Assembly (NCBI RefSeq): GCF_036365525.1
Contig: NW_027140807.1
Span: 868,001-932,000 of the forward strand
DNA: 64,000 bases
Direction: 5' to 3'
Source of the DNA: Heterodontus francisci
Taxonomy: Eukaryota
Shown here: piece by piece, positions 12,786-25,374 of the stretch
Layout of the letters: each line of letters opens with the position of its first letter
How positions within the stretch are numbered: the first letter of the stretch is position 1
Program-made: the position numbers and the translations under genes
The notes under the pieces: generated by a model
Told to the model about the DNA's origin: nothing
Seen by the model: the letters and a program-made list of their open reading frames with translations, nothing else
Database searches by the model: none

Positions 12786-13307
12786 ATGGCTGTGTCTCAG
12801 CTCTGGGTTGTGTTGTTGGTGTTAACGGGTAAGGAGGTGTCTGAACTGTGAGGTTACAATGATGTAGATGTGTCTCTGCTTCTCAGTCTCTGTCTGTCTT
12901 TGTCTCTCTCCTTCTCCCTCTGTATTTCTTTCTCTGTAGATAACGATATAGACATTGCCCCTGGGTTAATCTCTCTCTTTCTCTCTCTCTCTCCCTCTCT
13001 GTTTTACAGATGTGGGGGCCGTGTTGATCCAACAGACTCCCGCTTCCATATCCCATTCCCCAGGCTCTCCAGTCAGGTTCGAGTGTATTTACACTGAAGC
13101 AACAGCTAGCTCTGTTTTCAACTGGTACCGATGGCATCTGGACCGTGAGCCCGAGAACCTTTTCTATTCCTACCCCGCCAGAACGGTCACCCCCTGCGGA
13201 GAGGTGGACGGTTTCACCGCCAGGAGACCCAACAACACCCATTTTTACCTTGAGTCTCCAGCCTGTGGGTGAATCAATCAGCCGTGTATTACTGTGCCTG
13301 GAGACTG
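12786..13307 (+). pseudogene. TRBV: TCR beta V family B #1, frameshifted (leader 12786-12828, V exon 13010-13307)
   Basis: 1-nt deletion near 13256 (gagtctccagc vs gagtcctccagc in paralogs) puts YYCAW out of frame; stop at 13270-13272. Confidence 0.88.
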
Positions 13308-13346
13308 CACAGTGACTCAGAAAGGCGCCGGAGTTCAGCAAAAACT
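13308..13346 (+). other. 23-RSS (intact)
   Basis: CACAGTG-23bp-GCAAAAACT. Confidence 0.95.
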
Positions 13347-14711
13347 CTAAACATTGACAGAGCTCACTTGTGGGAGATAGACCTGTTTATCTGGGCTGTC
13401 ATTCTATCACTCTGACTATCTGTCAGTTTCTATGTCTACTGTTGAATGAACTGGCTCTTTGACAGAGTTGTCTAACTAGTTTCCATTCACTGACTAGTTC
13501 TCCATTGCACTAATAAATCTCCCCTTCATCTACTTCTCCAATTGACATCTGGAAGTTACTATTGGATGGTCTTCCACCGCCCTTTCAGTCAGTGCCCTCC
13601 ACATCATAACAATTCACTGAGGAGAAAGATTCCACTCATCTCCCACTCTGGTTCCTTTCCCAATTACCTTCAATTCTTGGTCCCTGGTTTATCGACACTC
13701 CTGACAGACGATACCACCCTCTTGATACAGTTTCTCTATCAAGACACTTCTCACCACGTCTTTCAAATCTCCCCTTACCCTCATTACTCTAATGGACGCA
13801 AGTCCCTACAAATAGGAAATGGTTGATCTTGGAACCTTTAATCATGTCTCTGATGATTCACACAGTGCAAAGGCGAGAAACCTCTCCAGATCCGTCTCTG
13901 ACTGGAACACCTGCCTCCAGACGGCGGCTTCAGCATCTGTTCAAAACTGTTAATCCACTTGTCTCTCAGAGTCTGTCGGTGTCTTTTGAAGAATTTTGAC
14001 AATGACTGCAGTTCAGTGCGGTGAAGAACTTAACCCTATAACTCCCGTTTAGCAGAAGGGGGGAAATGAAACTGTCTTGGCCCTGAAACAAGGCAGCAGG
14101 TTGACGGGTCTTATTGGATCATAGAATCATGAGGGACAAATCCAGGCCATTCAGCCCATCGATCCTGGCCTAGCTGTTTGAAAGAGCGACCTCCTCCCAT
14201 CTGTCTTCATCTTACCCTATCAACAGATTCTTCTATTCCTTTCTCACTCATGTATTTATTCAGCTCCCCTTTAACTGCATCGTCTCTATTCGACCTCAAC
14301 CCATTCCATTTGGTCTCTAATTCCACATTCGCACCGCTCCCTGGATTAAAGAACCTCCTCCTGAATTCCCAATTGGATTTATTAAGGACTACCTTACATT
14401 TATGATCCCTGGTTTTCATCCTCCCTGTCCAATTACTCCCACTCCCTGTTCTTTCTGAATAACCCTGCACTTGATCTTGCAGCTTGTCTGCCTCCTTCCC
14501 TACATTACAACAGTGACTGCACTTCAAAATGTATTTGACTGGCTGAGGCTGGAGTGAAGCAGAGTGAAGTCGGGCCGAATGGCGCGGATCTGTGCATTAA
14601 CTTCCATCTAGTTCTGCTCCACAAGCAGCAACGCGAGTCGAGTTGGAGAATAGAACCAATGACTGAAACAGGTTCATGGTCTGACACTGAAACGCCTGCA
14701 GAATCGCTGCT

Positions 14712-14744
14712 TGCAGTTACACCTGGAGCCACTAGGTGCCAGTG
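14712..14744 (+). promoter_or_regulatory. Candidate CTCF site with upstream TGCAGT module (copies ~48305-48337, ~52880-52912)
   Basis: TGCAGT-11bp-CCACTAGGTGCCAGTG. Confidence 0.6.
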
Positions 14745-15369
14745 TTACTCCACTGTCGCCGCTGCCCAGAACATGCTCAGACAGAGTGAGCTTTACCCAC
14801 AGCAGCTCCACAGGTCAACTTGGCTGCTTCTGAAATGTTTCACTTCTCAACTATTTCACACAAAATGTGCTGGAAATGGACGATGAGGTAGATGAGCTTT
14901 TAATCTGATCGTTTTGGGGGCATTAAGTGACATTAATATCTGTCCAACCTTGAAATAGTTGCACCCAAATGCCAGTTTGCAGATTTCCAGGTTCGATTTT
15001 ACAATTACATTCTCCCAGGTGTTTGTAGGAAACTAGGAGAGAGCCTGAATGTCCATCCTGACTTTAGCAACTCCCACATCTATCGTACCAAGTGTAAAGT
15101 AACATTTTCCCATGCTCCCTGTTTCCAGGTGGAATAACGGGAGATCTGGTGCTCACTTCATGTGATCAAGTGAGAGGCAGTTTTCAGAACAGAAGGCTTC
15201 ACACTGACATGTTGTGATATCCTCACACCGCTGGTGGAGGTGCTGTATTAATCAGGTCTGTTCATTGAGGAGGTGTAACTCGGTATGTTGAGGTTTCAAC
15301 AGCGGGTTTGCTTTTGCAGAATGGTGCAAAACAATAAATTAACCAGGAAGCTGGAGAGAGTTCACCTTC

Positions 15370-15990
15370 TTAGGCAGTCCCCAGTGTTGAGGATGACTTG
15401 CTTCCATTCCGGTTCCATGGGTTCTGAGATGGCTGATGAGTCCACTGAATGATCTGCAGACTATGTCACATGAGGGGCATGTGGTGCTTGTAGGATCAGG
15501 TAGGTGATTAGTTTGCAGGTTTGTGCGCTCCCTCCGATGCGTCGGCCTTACCTCTGCATGTTTCTGAACTTCCTCGAGGTGTCCGATGCCTTCCCGTTTG
15601 TCCTTTCTCCATCTGGGATGGTCAGGAGCCAGGGTCTCCCAGGAGTCGACGGGGATGCTTCATCTCTCCAGGGATGTTGTGAGGACACCTCCAAAGCATT
15701 CCCGCTGTCCTCCTGGGAGTCTCCTGCCACGACCAATTTCTGAGTAGAACTGCTGCTTTGGGGAGTCTGGTGGCAGGAATGTGAATGACATGTCCCAGCC
15801 AATGGAACTGGTTTTGGGTGTTTCGCACCCTGATGCAAGGCAGGTTGGCTTGGGCGAGGACGATGCTGTTGGACTACCTGTCTTGCCACTGGACTTGGAG
15901 GATAATGCGGAGGCACCTCTGGTGTTACTTCTCCTGTGCTTTGAGGTGTCTACTGCAGGTTCTCCAAGGTAAGGTCTATGTGGAGATGTA
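15370..15990 (-). mobile_element. RTE-clade LINE 3' fragment (copy ~48985-49600)
   Basis: RLPK..FYSEL..RRLPGGQRKRFRD and C-terminal CPSCDRVCRSYTGLISHLRTH zinc finger read in the second copy. Confidence 0.75.
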
Positions 15991-17233
15991 TTTATGAGCA
16001 GTGACTGACAGGACAAAGCAGTTCAGAGCTATCCACTGTCTAGACAAAGAACCACACACAGACTGACCTCAAACTCACGTAATTTTTCCAAGAACTCAAA
16101 GAGCAGGGCCTCATCCACAGTTTTATCGTCATGTACCTGGGTTCCAAAATTGGAATTTGCACATTTTTGGTATCCAACCTCCTTGGTTAAAACACACTGG
16201 GTGCACTGTCAACATTTCATACCTTGGTTAGACTTCATTTGGAGAACTGTGCACCGTTCCAGTCTCAGTATATTTTGATGAGATCACAACTGGAGCACTG
16301 TGCACAGTTATGGCGTCTATATACATTGGTTAGACCACATTTAGATCACGGTATAATTATACATAGCAGTAAAGATCGAACAGGCTGGGGTCCTTCTCTG
16401 GAAATGAGGGGTGCCCAGATAAGAAGTCTTTAATATTATTAATAGGTTTGATAGGGTAGACGTAGAGAAGATATTTTCACTTGAGGCCCAAGACCAGAAT
16501 TATAAGGTATAAAATAGTCACTAAAAATCCAAATTCAGGACAAACGTCATTACCCAGAGATTGGTGAGAATGGGGAACTCACCACCATAGGCAGTGGTGG
16601 AGGCAAATAGTATTCAGTGGGAAACTAGTAGAGATACGAGGCAGAAAGGACTGACAGGAGATGCTGGGAAGATGAGATAAAGATGGATGAAAGGATGTAC
16701 CTGCGGAACATCAACACCTAAATAGATCCGTTCACCTGATGCTGTGTTCTGTATTGTCTGTAATTCTATACAGTCAACGTCAGTATCTGAAAGAGGGGAG
16801 AAAGTTGGAAAGCCGATCTGGAACTTCCCAAGGAGCTCTACAGCCAATGAAGTGCTTCTGTTGAATTACAGGCATGTTAGACTTTGTTGCAAGGGGGATG
16901 GGAGTACAAGAATAAGGAAGTCGTATTACACTTTTATTGGGTCTTGGTGAGAACACACCTGGAGTACTGTGTGCACATATTTGGACAGGGATCCGAATGA
17001 TCGGGCTGCAGATTTCAATGAAACAGAACTGCAGTTCCAGAAAACGATTAACAGGCGTCTAACATTGGTCCCTCCTCGGAAATGAAAGAAAACTAGGTCC
17101 CGCCTATCTGAATGATAAAGTGATGGAGAAGGCATCTGTGAATTTCAGTCAGTGCCCAGAACTTTGAGATACTCTACAATAAAAGTGCTCAGTCACTTCA
17201 TATAAAACCACACGGATCCTTCACCCTCCAGAG

Positions 17234-17849
17234 ATGGCTGTGTCTCAGCTCTGGGTTGTGTTGTTGGTGTTAACGGGTAAGGAGGTGTCTGAACTGTGAG
17301 GTTACAATGATGTACATGTGTCTCTGCTTCTCAGTCTCTGTCTGTCTTTGTCTCTCTCCTTCTCCCTCTATATTTCTTTCTCTGTCTCTCATTATCTCTC
17401 TCTATCTCTGCCTTTATCTCTGCCTCTCTGCCTCTAACTGGTCCCCAGCGCTCTCTCTCTCTCTCTCTGCCCACTTCTACCTCTTCTTGTTGGTAACGAT
17501 AGAGACAATGTCCCTGGGTTAATCTCTTTCTCTCTCTCTCTGTTTTACAGATGTGGGGGCCGTGTTGATCCAACAGTCTCCCGCTTCCATATCCCATTCC
17601 CCAGGCTCTCCAGTCAGGATCCAGTGCGTTTACACAAAGGCAGATGTTAGCTCCGCTTTCTACTGGTACCGGTGGCATCCAGACCGGGAGCCCAAGAACC
17701 TTTTCTATTCCTACGCTACCGGAACGGTCAACACGTCCGGTGAGGTGGACGGTTTCACCGCCAGGAGACCCGACAACACCCATTTTTACCTGGAGTCCTC
17801 CAGCCTGTTAGCGAGTCAATCAGCCGTGTATTACTGTGCCTGGAGTCTG
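17234..17849 (+). CDS. TRBV: TCR beta V family B #2 (leader 17234-17276, V exon 17551-17849); open frame, defective heptamer
   Basis: MAVSQLWVVLLVLT leader, Cys, WYRWH, YYCAWS. Confidence 0.88.
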
Positions 17850-17888
17850 CAGAGTGACTCAGAAAGGCACCGGAGTTCAGCAAAAACT
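17850..17888 (+). other. 23-RSS with CAC->CAG heptamer mutation
   Basis: CAGAGTG-23bp-GCAAAAACT. Confidence 0.88.
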
Positions 17889-17924
17889 CTAAAGGGGGAG
17901 GAAAGCACTTGTGGCAGATAAACC

Positions 17925-18320
17925 TGCCTGTCTATCTCAGTGTCTTTCTGTCTCTCTGACTATCTGCGGTTTTCTGTGTCGCTTTGTGCGTCTCTGCATC
18001 TATCTATCTGTCTGTCTGTCTATCTGTCTATCGATCTGTATCTATCTCTGTCTATCTATCTTTCTATCTATCTATGTGTCTATCAATCTATCTATAAATC
18101 TATCTGTATCTATCTATCTTTGTGTTTGCCTGTCTGTCTGTCTGTCTCTCTGTCTCTATCTATCGATCTGTATCTATCTATCCATCTGTATCTATCTATC
18201 TATCCATCTGTATCTATCTATTTATCTATCTCGCTGTCCATTTTTGGTTATTTGCACCATTTATCTATCTATTTATCTCGATCATATATGTATATTTGTC
18301 ATCGATTGATCTCTCTGTCT
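17925..18320. repeat. (TCTA)n/(TCTG)n microsatellite
   Basis: Direct observation. Confidence 0.9.
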
Positions 18321-19522
18321 CTCACAGTTTCATCTTTTTGCTCTCCTTCGACTCAGAGTACATCAAAACATTATGAATTATTAAAAATGCTGCAGCAATG
18401 TGCTCAGATCCTTCTCGTTAAGGCAGCCTCTACCTGTAAAGAACAGATTCCGAGGTGGGGTAAATAGGTTCATGGTCCTGTTGAATGAGCTGTCTGTGGT
18501 ATGTGACAAGAGTTACAGACAGCTCCCTCTTGTACATGTCCCCAATGATTCATACAATGCAAAAGTGATACACCTCCCCAGATAGGACTCTCACTGGAAC
18601 ACCTGCCTCCTGACGGCGGTTTGAGCATCTGTTCAAAACAGTTAACCCACTTCTTCATGACACTGTCGCTTTTCAAAGTATCTAAGATTTCACCCCAATG
18701 TAAAACATAACCCTTGAATTGTTGTTTAGCACAGGGGAAATAAATCTTTATCTGCCTAATACAAACAAGCAACTTGATGCGTCTTATTTGTTTATAGAAT
18801 CATACAGCAGAGGCAAAGGCCATTCAGCCCATCGAGCTTGGCCCGGCTGTTCGAAAGAGCTACCCAATACAACACATATCATCCTCCTTCCATCCCTCTG
18901 CATCTTACCCTATCAGCACCTCCTTCTATACCTTTATCCCACATGTCCTCATATAGTCTCCCACTTAAATGCATCTCCACTCGTGGCCTAAACCCACTCT
19001 GTGGATGCGGGTTCCACATTCTCCCCACTCCCTGGGTAAAGTCATTGATTCTGAATTGCCTATTGGATTTATTAGTGACTGCCTTATATTGGTGACCCTC
19101 TGACCACCTCCAGGCGCATATCCATTGCCTCTCGAGGTAAGGAGGCCCAAAAGAGTTTTGCATCTCCCCTATTCAATTTCTCCCACTCCCTGCTCCTCCC
19201 CAATCGCCCTGAATTTCGTTTCAACTTCAAGGTTTTGTCCAACTGCCTTTTTGAAACTTCCTCTTGAATCTGCTTCCCTCTCACTTTCAGGCAGAGTGTT
19301 ACATATTATAACTCACTGGTTTAAACAGATACTCCTGATCTATCCCTCTGATACTGTTAGTCATGATCCTATATCTGAGTTCTCTTTTCTCTGAAGCTCC
19401 AGCAGGGGAAATAATTTCTCCCTTTGTACTCTATCAAACAGCTGTGCAGCTTGTGTAAATCATCCCATGAGCTTGCTCTGATCTATCCCTTTGATAATGT
19501 TAGTGTCTTTATCCGACTGAAG

Positions 19523-19800
19523 ATGTTGTTAAATTTGTTGGTGTTTTTCTCCTGTTGCGGTTGTTCTTGAATTTGTTGGTGGCTTTCTCCTGTTGACGTT
19601 GTTGTTGAATTTGTTGGTGTTTCTCTCTTGTTGAGGTTGTTGCTGAATTTGTTGGTGTTTCTCTCCTGTTGAGGTTGTTGTCGAATTTGTTGGTGATTTT
19701 CTCCTGTTGAGGTTGTTGTCGATCTGTTGGTGTTTCACTCCTGTTGAGGTTGTTGCTGAATTTGTTGGTGATTTTATCCTACTGAAGTTGATGTTAAATT
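19523..19800. repeat. GTT-rich degenerate minisatellite, left part (continues 23421-23742; related tract 56513-57190)
   Basis: Unit ~ctgttgaggttgttgttgaatttgttggtgtttttctc, split by the CR1 insertion. Confidence 0.85.
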
Positions 19801-19901
19801 TAACATAGAACATAGAACATACAGCACAGAACAGGCCCTTCGGCCCACAATGTTGTGCCGATCCTTTGTCCTCTGTCAAGGACAATTTAATCTATACCCC
19901 A

Positions 19902-22712
19902 TCATTCTCCTTTATCCATATACCTATCCAAAAGCCTTTTGAAAGTCCCTAAAGTTTCTGACTCAACAACTTCCCCGGGCAAGGCATTCCATGCCTCGAC
20001 CACTCTCTGGGTAAAGAACCTTCCCCTGACATCCCCCTTATATCTCCCACCCTTCACCTTAAATTTATGACCCCTTGTAACGCTTTGCTCCACCCGGGGA
20101 AAAAGTTTCTGACTGTCTACCCTATCTATTCCCCTGATCATCTTATAAACCTCTATCATGTCACCCCTCATCCTTCTCCTTTCTAATGAGAAGAGGCCTA
20201 GAATGTTCAGCCTTTCCTCGTAAGACTTATTCTCCATTCCAGGCAACATCCTGGTAAATCTCCTCTGCACCCTCTCCAAGGCTTCCACATCCTTCCTAAA
20301 ATGAGGCGACCAGAACTGCACACAGTACTCCAAATGAGGCCTTACCAAGGTCCTGTACAGCTGCATCATCACCTCACGGCTCTTAAATTCAATCCCTCTG
20401 CTAATGAACGCTAACACCCCATATGCCTTCTTCACAGCCCTATCCACTTGAGTTGCAACTTTCAATGATCTATGCACATAGACCCCAAGGTCTCTCTGCT
20501 CCTCCACATGCCCAAGAACCCTACCGTTAACCCAGTATTTTGCATTCATGTTTGTCCTTCCAAAATGGACGACCTCACACTTTTCAGGGTTAAACTCCAT
20601 CTGCCACTTTTCAGCCCAGCACTGCAACCTATCCAAGTCCCTTTGCAGACGACAATAGCCCTCCTCGGTATCCACAACTCCACCAACCTTTGTATCATCT
20701 GCAAATTTACTGACCCACCCTTCGACTTCCTCATCCAAGTCGTTAATAAAAATCACAAACAGGAGAGGACCCAGAACTGATCCCTGCGGCACGCCACTGG
20801 TAACTGGGCTCCAGGCTGAGTATTTACCATCTAAGACCACTCTCTGCCTTCTATCAGTTAGCCAATTCTTAATCCAACTGGCCACATTCCCCACTATCCC
20901 ATGCCTCCTGACTTTCTCCATAAGTCTACCATGGGGGACCTTATCAAATGCCTTACTAAAATCCATGTACACCACATCCACTGGTTTACCCTCATCCACT
21001 TGCTTGGTCACCTGCTCAAAGAATTCAATCAGGCTTGTGAGGCAAGACCTACCCCTCACAAAACCGTGCTGACTGTCCCGAATCAAGCAGTGTCTTTCCA
21101 GATGCTCAGAAATCCTATCCCTCAGCACCTTTTCCATCAACTTGCCTACCACCGAAGTAAGACTAACTGGCCTGTAATTCCCAGGGTTGTTCCTATTCCC
21201 TTTCTTGAACAGGGGCACAACATTTGCCACCCTCCAATCACCTGGTACCACCCCCGTCAGCAGAGAAGATGAAAAGATCATTGCCAGCGGCTCTGCAATT
21301 TCATCCCTTGCTTCCCATAACATCCTTGGATATACCCCGTCAGGCCCGGGAGACTTGTCTATCTTCAAGTTATTCAAAAACCCCAACACATCTTCCCTCC
21401 TAACGAGCACTTCCTCGAGCTTACCAATCTGTTTCACACCGTCCTCTTCAGTAATACACCCCTTCTCATTCGTAAATACCGAAGAGAAGTACTCATTCAA
21501 AACCTCACTTATCTCTTCCGGCTCAACACACAGTCTCCCGCTATTGTCCTTGACCGGACCTATGGTCCCCCTGGTCATCCTCATATTTCTGACATACGCG
21601 TAAAAGGCCTTGGGGTTTTCTTTTATCCTACCCGCCAAGCATTTTTCATGCCCTCTCTTAGCTCTCCTAATCCCTTTCTTCAGATCCTTCCTGGCCATCT
21701 TGTATCCCTCCAGAGCTATGCCTGTGCCCTTTTTCCTCAACTTTATATACGCATCCTTCTTCTTCCTAACAAGACTCTCAACCTCTCTTGTCAACCACGG
21801 TTCCCTCACATGACCATCCCTTCCCTGCCTGACAGGGACATGCTTATCAATGGCCCCTACTATCTGCTCCTTGAAAAAGTTCCACATTTCGACCGTGCCC
21901 TTCCCTGCCAGCATATGCTCCCAACTTATGCTCCTCAGTTCCTGCCTGACAGCATCATATCTACCCTTCCCCCAATTGTAAACCTTGCCCTGTTGCACAT
22001 ACCTATCCCTCTCCATTACCACAGTGAATGCTACAGAATTGTGATCACTATCTCCAAAGTGCTCGCCCACCAACAGCTCTATCACTTGCCCTGGTTCATT
22101 ACCTAGTACCAAATCCAATATTGCCTCCCCTCTGGTCGGGCAGTCTACATACTGAGTCAGAAAAGCTTCCTGGACATACTGCACAAACACTACCCCATCC
22201 AAACTATTCGATCTAAAGAGTTGCCAATCAATATTTGGGAAGTTGAAATCCCCCATAATTACTACCCTGTGACTTCTGCTCCTTTCCAAAATCTGTTTCC
22301 CAATCTGCTCTTCCACCTCCCTGCTGCTATTGGGGGGCCTATAGAAAACTCCCATCAAGGTGACTGCTCCTTTCCTGTTCCTGACCTCAACCCACAGTGC
22401 CTCAGTCGGCAGATCCTCCTCGAAAATTCTTTCAGCAGTTGTTACACTATTTCTAACTAACAATGCCACCCCCCCACCTCTTTTACCACCATTCCTAATC
22501 TTATGAAAACATCTATAACCAGGTACCTCCAAAAACCATTCCTCCCCCTCACCTATCCACGTTTCAGTGATGGCCACAACATCGTAGTCCCAAGTGCCCA
22601 TCCACGCCTTCAATTCACTCACCTTATTCCTGATGCTTCTTGCGTTGAAGTATACGCACTTTAACCCTTCTCCGTGCCCATCTGTCCTCTGTGACAGTGC
22701 TACCTTCCCCAA
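19902..22712 (-). CDS. LINE ORF2: APE endonuclease + reverse transcriptase (936 aa, uninterrupted)
   Basis: ITETW, GDFNFP, SDHN endonuclease motifs; DFSKAFD, GVPQGSVLGP, FADD RT motifs. Confidence 0.95.
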   Translation of the reverse strand: MGKVALSQRTDGHGEGLKCVYFNARSIRNKVSELKAWMGTWDYDVVAITETWIGEGEEWFLEVPGYRCFHKIRNGGKRGGGVALLVRNSVTTAERIFEEDLPTEALWVEVRNRKGAVTLMGVFYRPPNSSREVEEQIGKQILERSRSHRVVIMGDFNFPNIDWQLFRSNSLDGVVFVQYVQEAFLTQYVDCPTRGEAILDLVLGNEPGQVIELLVGEHFGDSDHNSVAFTVVMERDRYVQQGKVYNWGKGRYDAVRQELRSISWEHMLAGKGTVEMWNFFKEQIVGAIDKHVPVRQGRDGHVREPWLTREVESLVRKKKDAYIKLRKKGTGIALEGYKMARKDLKKGIRRAKRGHEKCLAGRIKENPKAFYAYVRNMRMTRGTIGPVKDNSGRLCVEPEEISEVLNEYFSSVFTNEKGCITEEDGVKQIGKLEEVLVRREDVLGFLNNLKIDKSPGPDGVYPRMLWEARDEIAEPLAMIFSSSLLTGVVPGDWRVANVVPLFKKGNRNNPGNYRPVSLTSVVGKLMEKVLRDRISEHLERHCLIRDSQHGFVRGRSCLTSLIEFFEQVTKQVDEGKPVDVVYMDFSKAFDKVPHGRLMEKVRRHGIVGNVASWIKNWLTDRRQRVVLDGKYSAWSPVTSGVPQGSVLGPLLFVIFINDLDEEVEGWVSKFADDTKVGGVVDTEEGYCRLQRDLDRLQCWAEKWQMEFNPEKCEVVHFGRTNMNAKYWVNGRVLGHVEEQRDLGVYVHRSLKVATQVDRAVKKAYGVLAFISRGIEFKSREVMMQLYRTLVRPHLEYCVQFWSPHFRKDVEALERVQRRFTRMLPGMENKSYEERLNILGLFSLERRRMRGDMIEVYKMIRGIDRVDSQKLFPRVEQSVTRGHKFKVKGGRYKGDVRGRFFTQRVVEAWNALPGEVVESETLGTFKRLLDRYMDKGE

Positions 22713-22792
22713 TACCTCACTACACTCTTTGTCTTTCTGAGTGGACCCACTGGTCCCTGGATTACAAGTCCGGTTCCCATCCCCCTCCCAAA

Positions 22793-23420
22793 CTAGTTTA
22801 AACCCTCCCGAACAGTACTAGCAAACCTCCCTCCCAGGATATTGGTGCCCCTCTGGTTCAGATGCAGCCCGTCCTGTTTGAACAGGTCCCATCTTCCCCA
22901 GAATGCAGTCCAATTATCCAAGAACTGGAAGCCCTCCCTCCTACACCATTCCTGCAGCCACGTGTTCAGCTGTGCTCTCTCCCTATTCCTAGCCTCACTA
23001 TCACGTGGCGCCGGCAACAAACCAGAGATAACAACTCTGTCCGTCCGAGCTTTCAGCTTCCAGCCTAACTCCCTAAACTCACTTCTAACATCTGTGCCAC
23101 CCTTCCTTCCTACGTCGTTGGTGCCAATGTGCACCACGACCTCTGGCTGCTCCCCCTCCCCTTTAAGGATCCTGAAGACGCGATCACAAACATCACGGAC
23201 CCTGGCACCAGGGAGGCAACAAACCATCCGTGCGTCTCGCCTGCGCCCACAGAACCGCCTGTCCGTACTCCTCACCATCGAGTCCCCGATGACTAGTGCT
23301 CTCCCATTCTCCCTCCTTCCCTTCTGAGCCACAGTGCAGGACCCCGTGCCAGAGGCCCGGTCACTGCAGCCTGCCCCCGATAGGCCGTCCCCCCCAACAG
23401 TATCTAAAACTGTATACTTT
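22793..23420 (-). CDS. LINE ORF1 C-terminal part, SGNH/GDSL esterase domain (5' truncated)
   Basis: VIGDS, HIGTND, DGLHL motifs. Confidence 0.88.
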
Positions 23421-23744
23421 GTTGTTGCTTCTCTCCTGTTGAGGTTGTTGTTGAAATTGTTGGTGTTTCACTCCTGTCGAGGTTGTTGTTGAATTTTTTG
23501 GAGCTTTTATCCTGTTGAGGTTGTTGTTGAATTTGTTGGTGATTTTCCACTGTTGAGGTTGTTGTTGAATTTGTTGGTGATTTTATCCTATAGAAGTTGC
23601 AGCATTTGTTGGTGTATCTCTTCTGTCGAGGTTGTTGTTGAACAAGTTGGTGTTTTACTGCTGTTGAGGTTGTTGGTGTTTTCATTCTGCTGACGTTGTT
23701 GTTGAATTGGTTGGTGATTTTTTCCTGTTGAGGTTGTTGTTGAG

Positions 23745-24470
23745 CATAAAAACAGATGGTAGGAGTTTTTACATAAAAAGCAAGGGAGTAGCTAAAGTTG
23801 ACGTTGTTTCTTTAGAGGTAAAGACAGGAAAAATCATCATGAGGAATGGGGAAATAGCAGGGGTAATGAACTAATATTTTGTGCCTGTCTTCACAGTAGA
23901 AGACACAAGTTCCATACCAGAAATAGGCAGTTATCTGGGGGCTAAAAAGAGTGAGGAAATTAAGGATATTCTTATAAAATGAGAAAAATTCTTGGAGAAA
24001 CTCGAGGGATTAAAATCTGACAAGTCCCCTGGACCAGATGGATTACATCCTAGAGTTCTAAAAGAGATAGCTGCAGAGAGAGTGGATGCGCTGGCTATGA
24101 TTTTCCAGAATTCCTTAGATTCAGGAATAGTCCCATCAGATTGAAAGCTGACAAATGTTACACGGCTTTTCAAAAAAGGAGCTAGTGAGAAATCTCAGGA
24201 TAAGGGATCAATCATTCCGGACTGAGATGAGGAGAAATGACTTCACTCAAAGGGTTGTGAATCTTTGGAATTCTCTATCCCAGAGTGTTGTGGATGCTCC
24301 TTCATTGAATACATTTGAGGCAGGGATTTTTGATCTCTCAGGAAATCAAGGGATATGGGGAGCAGGCAGGAAAGTGGAATTGGAACCCAAGATCAGCCAT
24401 GATTGTATTGTATGACGGTCAGGCTCGATGGGATATATGGTCTACAGCTGCTCCTATTTCTTGTGTTCTG
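23745..24470 (+). mobile_element. Degenerate CR1 fragment with internal deletion (copy ~30200-30980)
   Basis: KSPGPDGLHPRVLKE, FTQRVVNLWNSL remnants. Confidence 0.8.
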
Positions 24471-25374
24471 TGGGTCTCAAGTCACATGTAGGCCAGACCA
24501 GGTAAGGACGGCGGATTTCCTTCCCTAAAAGTCATGAGTGAGCCAGCTGGGTGTCAGGGCACCTTAACTGAGACTCGCTTTCAATTGCAGATTTTGTGAT
24601 GAAATAATTGTATTTATTCATTCATTGAATTTAAATTGCACCATCTGACCTGGTGGGATTCTAACGCATGTCCCCTGGAGATTCACTCTAGCCTTTGGAT
24701 TACCAGCTCAGTGACATGACATCTACACCGCCATCTGCCCCAGGCTAGTCTGGAACATGGTCCCATCGGGCTGAATAGCCTGAATTTGTGCTGCATATTA
24801 AATCTAATTCGATGTCACTAGCGACACCAGCCAAAACAATGGATAAAAAGTGGGAAGACGGAGCAATTTCAAAGCATGTCTTCAGAATGCCCATTTTATC
24901 GATTGCACTTTGCAAATCTCAGGTGCCTGTAGTTACACATTACAGCCACGAGATGGGGATGGAGCTCCACCGCAGCCTGAGTCCCACTTGCTTCTGTGAA
25001 GACTGAGTGAGCAATGCAGCAGTGACTTGACCAATCTACCTAATAGTCAATTCCACTAACTCTGAAACAGATTCAAATCATAACCATTCCACACAAAATA
25101 GACAATTGGATTTCCCCAAGTCTGCTCGTTCATAGTGAATGGTTTGAGCAACACTTGTGATATACTAAAACAGATGATCGGAAGGAAGTAAAGAGAAGCA
25201 AAGTCAGAAAACAGTGAAAGAAAAATGGAGAAGGAGGAATTTTATATAAAAACACATATTAAGGGATGTGCACATCACTGACAAGGTCAGCATTCATTGC
25301 CTATGCCGAATTGCCCTTAACTGAATGACTTGCTCGCCCATTTCAGAGGCAGTTAACAGTGAACTACATTGCTA

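Larger units (their letters stand above)
19801..23420 (-). mobile_element. Young 5'-truncated CR1-clade LINE
   Basis: Partial ORF1 plus intact ORF2; (ATGTTCT)n tail at ~19803-19820. Confidence 0.93.

Noticed and set aside
13542-13826. 94-aa ORF conserved three times (47109, 51715)
   Set aside because: Non-ATG start and no recognisable domain; conservation is explained by recent duplication of the flank.
13861-13890. Perfect CACAGTG heptamer
   Set aside because: No nonamer at 12 or 23 bp, and not conserved in the paralogous copies.
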